Source: Amphiscolops sp. MND2022 (Eukaryota). Taken from it: a stretch of DNA of 64,000 nt. The notes under the pieces are model-generated. The model had not been told where the DNA came from. It saw nothing but the letters and a program-made list of their open reading frames with translations, and searched no databases. This document shows, in pieces, positions 1 to 10,190 of the stretch. How positions within the stretch are numbered: position 1 is the stretch's first letter; every line of letters begins with the position of its first letter. The stretch is taken from assembly GCA_964187785.1 (NCBI GenBank), contig OZ076409.1, forward strand, positions 75,394,001-75,458,000, given 5' to 3'. The position numbers and the translations under genes were made by a program.

Positions 1-380
1 GCTCTTGGGTATGGTGTTCACCAGCTAGGAAATAGGGGTCGATTTTTCGGGATCTCCTAAACTAGCCACACGATTTGGCTGAAATTTGGCACACGTACCC
101 CCCTCGGCACGGTGAAGATGATTTCCCACTGACGTTTTTCCCGCAAAATTTTTTTTGTTGTCCAAAATAACGGTTTTTGGGGTAAAATTTTGAATTTTTT
201 TTAAATTTTATCTTATATCTCGCCACCGGTTTACGCTAGCGCTTCAAAACCCTGCTAAAGAAAGCTTGCAAACTGTCTCAGGAATGCGGTGTGAAATTTT
301 CAGCTCAATCGGACTTAAACTCGGGGAGATATAGCGTTTTTCCGGAGCGGGGGGGTTTCATTTTTCTAACGGTCCAGCTT

Positions 381-517
381 ATCTTTGCCATTTTTTCGAA
401 AATGCACTCGCCTAAAGGCCTCCCCTGGCCGGTTTTATTCCCAGCAAAACCATTTGGCCCTAAATACGGAGTTTCAGTGTTCCAGCATTCCCGGGCGAAA
501 AGTTGTGGGACTTAGAA
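381..517 (+). other. Central conserved block of the 1.28 kb family
   Basis: CTAAAGGCCTCCCCTGGCC...CCCAGCAAAACCATTTGGCCCTAAATACGGAGTTTCAGCGTTC...GGGACTTAGAA is recognisable in all 1.28 kb subtypes, while flanks diverge. Confidence 0.85.
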
Positions 518-917
518 AAATTCAAAAATTTTCAAAAATTTTTTTTTCGGTTTTCCGCCCTCCCCCCCGAGGGGAAAAGACCCCCCAACCAGTAATTTGA
601 GTGAATTCATGTGGAAAGGCCATGTTTAGAGGAGAAAAATCCCGTTTAAATCGTCTTTTTATCTTTATTCAACGTTGACTTATGACGTTTTGAAGGTGAT
701 GTTTGGAGGTGTGAAGCACGTGAAAAGTAAACGTTATGAGTATTTATCTGATCTGAAAGCCATTGAGATGCAATCTGTTTTGCTCAAAACGTAATTCATA
801 TCAGTTTGGTAGTCAATCAACACCCTTTGTTGTCATTTGACATCTTTTTTTTGTTGATATAAGAAAAAATTTCGTGTATTTATTCATTTTTTTCTCATCA
901 AATAACTTGAAACAGTT

Positions 918-962
918 GAGTACATTCCATCCCCCCTTCACGGGGGAGATGAGAATGTACTC
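918..962 (+). other. Conserved ~45-nt hairpin GAGTACATT(C/T)CATC...GATGAGAATGTACTC with single-base bulge (one per 1.28 kb-family unit)
   Basis: Arms are reverse complements apart from one extra base on the 3' arm; compensatory variant at 25247-25268. Confidence 0.85.
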
Positions 963-1132
963 GCAAAAAGCCCCAAACTACGGCCCTTACCTTCCCGAGC
1001 TACGCAGTATAAAGATTGCATATTGGTTCCGACATTTTGATAGAGTTATATCTTGGTAATCTGTCTGGGTATGCAGAAAAACCAGCACGTGCTTTTTTTT
1101 ACCAAGTTGCTTACAACGACATTTATTTTATA

Positions 1133-1158
1133 TCAACGCCCCCATCTTTATCAACGCC
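1133..1158 (+). repeat. TCAACGCC direct repeats (iteron-like), ~18-20 bp apart
   Basis: Copies at 1133 and 1151, with a degenerate ACAACGAC at 1113; also at 60867 and 60887 in family L. Confidence 0.8.
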
Positions 1159-1168
1159 CCCCGTCCGT

Positions 1169-1188
1169 GGGCATGCCGAGGCATGCCC
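1169..1188. promoter_or_regulatory. 20-bp dyad GGGCATGCC-GA-GGCATGCCC (47 copies); hairpin/cruciform or p53-family-like site
   Basis: Perfect 9-bp inverted repeat, extendable by CGTC/GACG. Also reads as two abutting RRRCWWGYYY decamers with one mismatch. The motif is certain; its function is inferred. Confidence 0.6.
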
Positions 1189-1228
1189 TTCGACGACGCG
1201 CACCAAAATATTCCCCGAGCGCGTTAGC

Positions 1229-1235
1229 CTAGGTG
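1229..1235 (+). other. Invariant unit junction CTAGGTG (48 copies)
   Basis: Present at every subtype switch; the bases on both sides vary with subtype. Confidence 0.93.
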
Positions 1236-2502
1236 CCGGGATTTCTATTCGTTCGAGTATGTGGCGCGTGTGGGTAGGGCCCCTGGCGCGCTCTTTTATT
1301 TCGGGTACACCTACTCCAAATTCACGATGTGATTTCGACGATCTCGTAAACTAGCCACACGATTTGGCTGAAATTTGGCACACGTACCCCCCTCGGCACG
1401 GTGAAGATGATTCCCTACTGACGTTTTGCCCGCTAAACATTTTTTGTTGACCAAAATAACGGTTTTTGGGGTAAAATTTTCAACTTTTTTTAAATTTCAT
1501 CTTATATCTCGCCACGGGTTTACGCTAGCGCTTCAAAACCCTGCTAAAGAAAGCTTGCAAACTGTCTCAGGAATGCTGTGTGAAATTTTCAGCTCAATCG
1601 GACTTAAACTCGAGGAGATATAGCGTTTTTCCGGAGCGGGGGGGTTTCATTTTTCTAACGGTCCAGCTTATCTTTGCCATTTTTTCGAAAATGCACTCGC
1701 CTAAAGGCCTCCCCTGGCCGGTTTTATTCCCAGCAAAACCATTTGGCCCTAAATACGGAGTTTCAGCGTTCCAGCATTCCCGGGCGAAAAGTTGTGGGAC
1801 TTAGAAAATTTCAAAAATTTTCAAAAAAATTTTTTTCCGTTATTTGGGCCCCCAAAGTGGGGCAAAAGACCCCCCAACCAGTACAGCAAGTGAATGCATG
1901 TGGAAAGCCCTTGTTTAGACGAGAAAAATGCCGTTTAGAACGTTTTTTTATCGTAACTTGACATTGACTTTTGTCGTTTTGAAGGTGACCGTTAGATACG
2001 GAAAATTGATGTTTTGAGTGTTTATCCCATCTGAAAGCCATTGAGATACAACATGTTTTGCTCAAAACGTGTTTCATTGCAGTTTCGCTGTCCATTAACA
2101 CCCTTTGGTGTCTTTTGACGTAATTTTCTTTTCTATAATAACAATTTCTTTGTGTATTTATTCATTTTTTTCTCATCAAATAACTTGAAACAGTTGAGTA
2201 CATTCCATCTCCCTTCCCGGGGGAGATGAGAATGTACTCGCTAAAGGTCAGGAACTACGGTCTATAACTTCCACAACACAAAAGAGATTGCAAATTGTTT
2301 CAGTTTGTCGCAGAAAACTTCTTTTTGCACTCTGTGACTCGACAAAGTGAACGTTTCTTACTTACTTTGAATCTCACCATACCACAACTCATCTCTAACG
2401 TCAACGCCCCCCACACACATCAACGCCCCCCGTCCGTGGGCATGCCGAGGCATGCCCTTCGACGACGTATAGCAAAATATATTCGAACGCGGTAGCAGCT
2501 AG
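1233..2502 (+). mobile_element. Representative complete unit; putative non-autonomous element/cassette bounded by CTAG|GTG (rolling-circle/Helitron-like or recombinase-mobilised; class unresolved)
   Basis: Precise unit boundaries, a CTAG 3' end with subterminal hairpins, and near-identical subtype copies with different neighbours. The start is GTG rather than the TC of canonical Helitrons, and no transposase is present. Confidence 0.45.
1264..1291 (+). other. Post-junction stem-loop with conserved GGG-KAGGGN-CCY apex
   Basis: Found 40-44 nt after CTAG in every subtype checked; stems differ in sequence but stay complementary. Confidence 0.8.
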
Positions 2503-5500
2503 GTGCCGGGATTTCCATTCGATAAGGAATTCTGCGCGTGTGGGTAGGGCCCCTGGCGCGCTCCTGTGTTTTCGGTTTTCCTACTCCAAATTCACACCCC
2601 AGTTATCTCCGATCTCGTAAACTATCCATACGATTTGGCTGAAATTTGGCACACGTACCCCCCTCGGCACGCTGAAGATGATTCCCTACTGACGTTTTGC
2701 TCGCTAAACATTTTTTGTTGACCAAAATAACGGTTTTTGGGGTAAAATTTTCAACTTTTTTTAAATTTCATCTTATATCTCGCCACGGGTACACGCTAGC
2801 GCTTCCAAAACTTGCTGACGAAAGCTTGCAAACTGTCTCAGGAATGCGGTGTGAAATTTTCAGCTCAATCGGACTTAAACTCGGGGAGATATAGCGTTTT
2901 TCCGGAGCGGGGGGGTTTCATTTTTCTAACGGTCCAGCTTATCTTAGCCATTTTTTCGAAAATGTAATCGCCTAAAGGCCTCCCCTGGCCGGTTTTACTC
3001 CCAGCAAAACCATTTGGCCCTAAATACGGAGTTTCAGCGTTCCAGCATTCCCGGGCGAAAAGTTGTGGGACTTAGAAAATTTCAAAAATTTTCAAAATTT
3101 TTTTTTCCGTTATTTGGGCCCCCAAAGTGGGGGAAAAGACCCCCCAACCAGTAAAGCAAGTGAATGCATGTGCAAAGCCCTTGTTTGGACGAGAAAAATG
3201 CCGTTTAGAACGTCTTTTTATCTTGGCTCAACGTTGACTTATGACGTTTTGAAGGTGATGTTTGGAGGTGTAAAGCACGTGAATAGTAAACGTTATGAGT
3301 ATTTATCTGATCTGAAAGCCATTGAGATGCAATATGGTTTGCTCAAAACGTAATTCATTGCAGTTTGACAATCAATCAACACCCTTTGTTGTCGTTTGAC
3401 ATATTTTTTTGTTGTTATAATAAAAAATTTTGTGTATTTATTCATTTTTTTCTCATCAAATAACTTGAAAGAGTTGAGTACATTCCATCCCCCCCTTCCG
3501 GAGGAGATGAGAATGTACTCGCAAAAAGCACCGAACTACGGCCCTTACCTTCCCGAGCTACGCAGTATAAGGATTACATATTGGTTCCGACTTTTTCATA
3601 GAGTTATATCTTGGTAATCTGTCTGGATATGCCGAAAAATCAGCACGTGCCTTTTAATACCAAGTTGCTCACAACAACAATTCTTTTATATCAACGCCCC
3701 CATATTTATCAACGCCCCCCGTCCGTGGGCATGCCGAGGCATGCCCTTCGACGACGTATACCAAGATATGCCATAACGCGTTAGCCTAGGTGCCGGTGTT
3801 TTTTTACACAATGGGGGAAGTTGCGCGTGTGGGGAGGGTCCCTGACGCGCTCCCGGGATTTCGGATTTTTTAACCTTTACGTACCCATCAAAAAATTTGG
3901 GATCTCGAAAACTAGCCGTACGATTTGGCTGAAATTTGGCACACGTACCCCCCTCGGCACGGTGAAGATGATTCCCTACTGACGTTTTGCTCGCTAAACA
4001 TTTTTTGTTGACCAAAATAACGGTTTTTGGGGTAAAATTTTCAACTTTTTTTAAATTTCATCTTATATCTCGCCACGGGTACACGCTAGCGCTTCCAAAC
4101 CTTGCTGACGAAAGTTTGCAAACTGTCTCAGGAATGCTGTGAGAAAATTTCAGCTCAATCGGACTCAAACTCGAGGAGATATAGCGTTTTTCCGGAGCGG
4201 GGGGGTTTCATTTTTCTAACGGTCCAGCTTATCTTTGCCATTTTTTCGAAAATGCACTCGCCTAAAGGCCTCCCCTGGCCGGTTTTATTCCCAGCAAAAC
4301 CATTTGGCCCTAAATACGGAGTTTCACCGTTCCAGCATTCTCGGGCGAAAAGTTGTGGGACTTAGAAAATTTCAAAAATTTTCAAAAAATTTTTTTTCGT
4401 TATTTGGGCCCCCAAAGTGGGGGAAAAGACCCCCCAACCAGTAAATCAAGTGAATGCATGTGGAAAGGCCATGTTTAGAGGAGAAAAATGCCGTTTAGAA
4501 CGTCTTTTTATCTTGGCTCAACGTTGACTTATGACGTTTTGAAGGTGATGTTTGGAGGTGTAAAGCAAGTGAATAGTAAACGTTATGAGTATTTATCTGA
4601 TCTGAAAGCCATTGAGATGCAATATGATTGCTCAAAACGTAATTCATTGCAGTTTGGCAATCAATCAACACCCTTTGTTGTCGTTTGACATACTTTTTTG
4701 TTGTTATAATAAAAAATTTTGTGTATTTATTCATTTTTTTCTCATCAAATAACTTGGAACAGTTGAGTACATTCCATCCCCCCCTTCCGGGGGAGATGAG
4801 AATGTACTCGCAAAAAGCACCGAACTACGGCCCTTACCTTCCCGAGCTACGCAGTATAAGGATTACATATTGGTTCCGACATTTTCATAGAGTTATATCT
4901 TGGTAATCTGTCTGGATATGCCGAAAAATCAGCACGTGCCTTTTAATACCAAGTTGCTCACAACGACAATTATTTTATATCAACGCCCCCATATTTATCA
5001 ACGCCCCCCGTCCGTGGGCATGCCGAGGCATGCCCTTCGACGACCCGCACCAAAATATGCGTTAGCGCGGTAGCTGCTAGGTGCCGGGATTTCTATTCGA
5101 TAAAGTATGTGGCGCGTGTGGGTAGGGTCCCTGGCGCGCTCTTGGGTATGGTGTTCACCAGCTAGGAAATAGGGGTCGATTTTTCGGGATCTCCTAAACT
5201 AGCCACACGATTTGGCTGAAATTTGGCACACGTACCCCCCTCGGCATGGTGAAGATGATTTCCTACTGACGTTTTTCCCGCAAAATTTTTTTTGTTGTCC
5301 AAAATAACGGTTTTTGGGGTAAAAATTTGAATTTTTTTTAAATTTTATCTTATATCTCGCCACCGGTTTACGCTAGCGCTTCAAAACCCTGCTAAAGAAA
5401 GCTTGCAAACTGTCTCAGGAATGCGGTGTGAAATTTTCAGCTCAATCGGACTTAAACTCGGGGAGATATAGCGTTTTTCCGGAGCGGGGGGGTTTCATTT

Positions 5501-7636
5501 TTCTAACGGTCCAGCTTATCTTTGCCATTTTTTCGAAAATGCACTCGCCTAAAGGCCTCCCCTGGCCGGTTTTATTCCCAGCAAAACCATTTGGCCCTAA
5601 ATACGGAGTTTCAGCGTTCCAGCATTCCCGGGCGAAAAGTTGTGAGACTTAGAAAAGTTCAAAAATTTTCAAAAATTTTTTTTTCCGTTTTCCCCCCTCC
5701 CCCCCTAGGGGAAAAGACCCCCCAACCAGTAATTTGAGTGAATTCATGTGGAAAGGCCATGTTTAGAGGAGAAAAATGCCGTTTAGAACGTCTTTTTGTC
5801 TTGGCTCAACGTTGACTTATGACGTTTTGAAGGTGATGTTTGGAGGTGTAAAGCACGTGAATAGTAAACGTTATGAGTATTTATCTGATCTGAAAGCCAT
5901 TGAGATGAATATGGTTTGCTCAAAACGTAATTCATGGCAGTTTGGCAATCAATCAACACCCTTTGTTGTCGTTTGACATACTTTTTTGTTGTTATAATAA
6001 AAAATTTTGTGTATTTATTAATTTTTTTCTCATCAAATAACTTGAAACAGTTGAGTACATTCCATCCCCCCCTTCCGGGGGAGATGAGAATGTACTCGCA
6101 AAAAGCACCGAACTACGGCCCTTACCTTCCCGAGCTACGCAGTATAAGGATTACATATTGGTTCCGACATTTTCATAGAGTTAAATCTTGGTAATCTGTC
6201 TGGATATGCAGAAAAACCAGCACGTGCTTTTTTATACCAAGTTGCTTACAACGACAATTATTTTATATCAACGCCCCCATATTTATCAACGCCCCCCGTC
6301 CGTGGGCATGCCGAGGCATGCCCTTCGACGACGTATACCAAGATATGTTCGAGCGCGTTAGCCTAGGTGCCGGGATTTCTATTCATTCGAGTATGTGGCG
6401 CGTGTGGGTAGGGCCCCTGGCGCGCTCTTGTGTTTCGGGTTTTCCTACTCCTAAACCGCGTTCAGATTTTCGGGATCTCGTAAACTAGCCATACGATTTG
6501 GCTGAAACTTGGCACACGTACCCCCCTCGGCACGGTGAAGATGATTCCCTACTGACGTTTTGCCCGCTAAACATTTTTTGTTGACCAAAATAACGGTTTT
6601 TGGTGGAAAATTTTCAACTTTTTTTAAAATTCATCTTATATTTCGCCCCAGGTTTACGCTAGCGCTTCAAAACCTTGCTGACGAAAGTTTGCAAACTGTC
6701 TCAGGAATGCGGTGTGAAATTTTCAGCTCAATCGGACTTAAACTCGAGGAGATATAGCGTTTTTCCGGAGCGGGGGGTTTCATTTTTCTAACGGTCCAGC
6801 GTATCTTTGCCATTTTTTCGAAAATGCACTCGCCTAAAGGCCTCCCCTGGCCGGTTTTACTCCCAAAAAAACCATTTGGCCCTAAATACGGGGTTTCAGC
6901 GTTCTAGCATTTTCGGGCGAAAAGTTGTGGGACTTAGAATATTTCAAAAATTTTCAAAAAAATTTTTTCCGTTATTTGGGCCCCCAATGTGGGGGAAAGG
7001 ACCCCCCAACCAGTATTTTGAGTGAATGCGTGTGCAAAGCGCTTGTTTAGAGGAGAAAAATGTCGTTTAGAACGTCTTTTTATCTTTACTCAACGTTGAC
7101 TTTTGTCGTTTTGAAGGTGACCGTTAGATACAGAAAATTGATATTTTGAGTATTTATCCCATCTGAAAGCCATTGTGATACAACATGTTTTGCTCAAAAC
7201 GTGTTTCATTGCAGTTCCGCTGTCCATTGACACCCTTTGATGTCTTTTGACGTAATTTTCTTTTCTATAATAACAATTTTTTTGTGTATTTATTCATTTT
7301 TTTCTCATCAAATAACTTGAAACAGTTGAGTACATTCCATCTCCCTTCCCGGGGGAGATGAGAATGTACTCGCTAAAGGTCAGGAACTACGGTCTATATC
7401 TTCCACAACACAAAAGCAATTGAAAATTGTTTCAGTTTGTCGCAGAAAGCTTTTCTTTTTGCACTCAGTGACTCGGCAAAGTGAACGATTTTGACCCATA
7501 TTGAATCTTACTTTACCACAACTCATCTCTAACGTCAACGCCCCCCACACACATCAACGCCCCCCGTCCGTGGGCATGCCGAGGCATGCCCTTCGACGAC
7601 GTATAGCAAAATATATTCGAACGCGGTAGCAGCTAG

Positions 7637-8904
7637 GTGGCCGTGTCTTTTCGACGTGCTTTTGCATTGAGGAGTGGGTAGGGCCCCGCGACGACCTAGA
7701 AGAATTGGATGCTCACCGAAACGTGCAGAATTCTACGAGATCTCATAGTTTGAGCCATACGATTTTTCTGAAATTTGGCATGTGGCCTGGAATTGGTGAG
7801 TAGGTAAAACGTGTAGGAGGTGATTTTTCCCAAATTCCACTGTGAGACGAGATATGGGCAAATAACGGTCCCAAAAATGGCAAAAATGCACTTTTTTCAA
7901 CTTTGTCAGCCCATATCTCGTTCCCAGGTGCCCGGAGCGGGACGCGTTAAGCTGATTATAAACTCTAGGGTGTTGAGGCTGTACGGTGAACTTGGGCCCG
8001 TTCCGATCCGACTTGTAGTCTTGGAGAAATAACGGTATTTTTGGGGAACCTTTTCTAACGGTCCAGCTTATCTTTGCCATTTTTTCGAAAATGTACTGGC
8101 CTAAAGGCCTCCCCCTGGCCGAATTTACTCCCAGCAAAACCATTTGGCCCTAAATACGGAGTTTCAGCGTTCCAGCATTCCCGGGCGAAAAGTTGTGGGA
8201 CTTGGAAAATTTTCAAAAATTTTCAAAAATTTTTTTTTTCGTTTTCCGGGCCCCCAATGAAGGGGAAACGACCCCCCAACCAGTATTTTGAGTGAATTCA
8301 TGTGGAAAGCCCTTGTTTTGACGAGAAAAATACCGTTTAGAACATCTTTTTATCTTGACTCAACGTTGACTTATGACGTTTTGAATGTGATGTAAGGATG
8401 TAGGAGGCATGTGATAAGTTGATGTTTTGAGCCTTATCTCATATGAAAGCGGTTGAGATGCAAGCTGTCCTGCTCAAAACGTCTTTCGTTGTAACTTTCC
8501 AGTGCACCAATACCCTTTGGTGTCATATAAACATACTTTTTGTCGATATATTAACAATTTTAATGTATTTATTCCAATTTTTATTATCTTATAACTCAAA
8601 ACAGTTGAGTACATTTCATCTCCCTTTCGGGGGAGATGAGAATGTACTCGCTAAAGACCTAGCGCCATGACCAAAAATTTGAAACCCACGTTTTTTATCT
8701 TCTTACAGACTTGTTTTTGTATTTTTTCGGAATTTTTTAAAAATTAATATACTTGAAATACATTACTTGACTTTACTACTACAACCCACCTCCAACGACA
8801 ACGCCCCCCTGCTTGCATCAACGCCCACCGTCCGTGGGCATGCCGAGGCATGCCCTTCGACGACGTATGCCAAATGCCCAGTGCCACGCAGTCATTATCG
8901 CTAG
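7637..8904 (+). repeat. Unit subtype B1 (other copies 28099-29366, 37159-38427, 57740-59008)
   Basis: Head GTGGCCGTGTCTTTTCGACG, internal CTCTAGGGTGTTGAGGCTGTAC, tail GCAGTCATTATCGCTAG; lengths 1268-1269 bp. Confidence 0.93.
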
Positions 8905-10190
8905 GTGCCGGGATTTCTATTCGATAAAGTATGTGGCGCGTGTGGGTAGGGTCCCTGGCGCGCTCTTGGGTATGGTGTTCACCAGCTAGGAAATAGGGGT
9001 CGATTTTTCGGGATCTCCTAAACTAGCCACACGATTTGGCTGAAATTTGGCACACGTACTCCCCTCGGCATGGTGAAGATGATTCCCTACTAGCGTTTTG
9101 CTCGCAAATTTTTTTTTGTTGTCCAAAATAACGGTTTTTGTTGTAAAATTTTGAATTTTTTTTAAATTTTATCTCATATCTCGCCACCAGTTCACGCTAG
9201 CGCTTCAAAACCCTGCTAAAGAAAGCTTGCAAACTGTCTCAGGAATGCGGTGTGAAATTTTCAGCTCAATCGGACTCAAACTCGGGGAGATATAGCGTTT
9301 TTCCGGAGCGGGGGGGTTTCATTTTTCTAACGGTCCAGCTTATCTTTGCCATTTTTTCGAAAATGCACTCGCCTAAAGGCCTCCCCTGGCCGGTTTTATT
9401 CCCAGCAAAACCATTTGGCCCTAAATACGGAGTTTCAGCGTTCCAGCATTCCCGGGCGAAAAGTTGTGGGACTTAGAAAAGTTCAAAAATTTTCAAAAAT
9501 TTTTTTTCCGTTTTCCGCCCTCCCCCCCTAGGGGAAAAGACCCCCCAACCAGTAATTTGAGTGAATTCATGTGGAAAGGCCATGTTTAGAGGAGAAAAAT
9601 GCCGTTTAGAACGTCTTTTTATCTTGGCTCAACGTTGACTTATGACGTTTTGAAGGTGATGTTTGGAGGTGTAAAGCACGTGAATAGTAAACGTTATGAG
9701 TATTTATCTGATCTGAAAGCCATTGAGATGCAATATGGTTTGCTCAAAACGTAATTCATGGCAGTTTGGCAATCAGTCAACACCCTTTGTTGTCGTTTGA
9801 CATACTTTTTTGTTGTTATAATAAAAAATTTTGTGTATTTATTCATTTTTTTCTCATCAAATAACTTGAAACAGTTGAGTACATTCCATCCCCCCCTTCC
9901 GGGGGAGATGAGAATGTACTCGCAAAAAGCACCGAACTACGGCCCTTACCTTCCCGAGCTACGCAGTATAAAGATTGCATATTGGTTCCGACATTTTGAT
10001 AGAGTTATATCTTGGTAATCTGTCTGGGTATGCAGAAAAACCAGCACGTGCTTTTTTATACAAAGTTGCTCACAACGACATTTATTTTATATCAACGCCC
10101 CCATATTTATCAACGCCCCCCGTCCGTGGGCATGCCGAGGCATGCCCTTCGACGACGTATACCAAGATATGTTCGAGCGCGTTAGCCTAG

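Noticed and set aside
291..515. Recurring short ORFs (MKFSAQSDLN..., MPFFRKCTRL..., MVLLGVNSAR... and others up to 180 aa)
   Set aside because: They recur only because the DNA repeats. Copies differ by stops and homopolymer frameshifts, overlap in several frames, often lack ATG, and show no recognisable domain (no HUH, helicase, RT or recombinase motifs).
915..962. Integron attC sites (GTTGAGT fits GTTRRRY next to a bulged hairpin)
   Set aside because: attC needs RYYYAAC at the 5' end and GTTRRRY at the 3' end. Here the GTT word is 5' with no matching AAC box, units carry no ORFs, and unit boundaries lie ~270 bp away.
1151..1235. CRISPR array (palindromic repeat plus variable sequence)
   Set aside because: The period is ~1.3 kb, the intervening sequences are homologous to each other, and there are no cas genes.
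1169..1240. Canonical Helitron termini
   Set aside because: The CTAG end fits, but head-to-tail canonical Helitrons should read CTAG|TC and have the hairpin roughly 10-15 nt from the end. Here it is CTAG|GTG with the dyad 40 nt away. Kept only as an analogy.
2815..2840. Hammerhead ribozyme core (CTGACGA) as in retrozymes
   Set aside because: No correctly placed GAAA or stems, and the word is not conserved (CTAAAGA in many copies).
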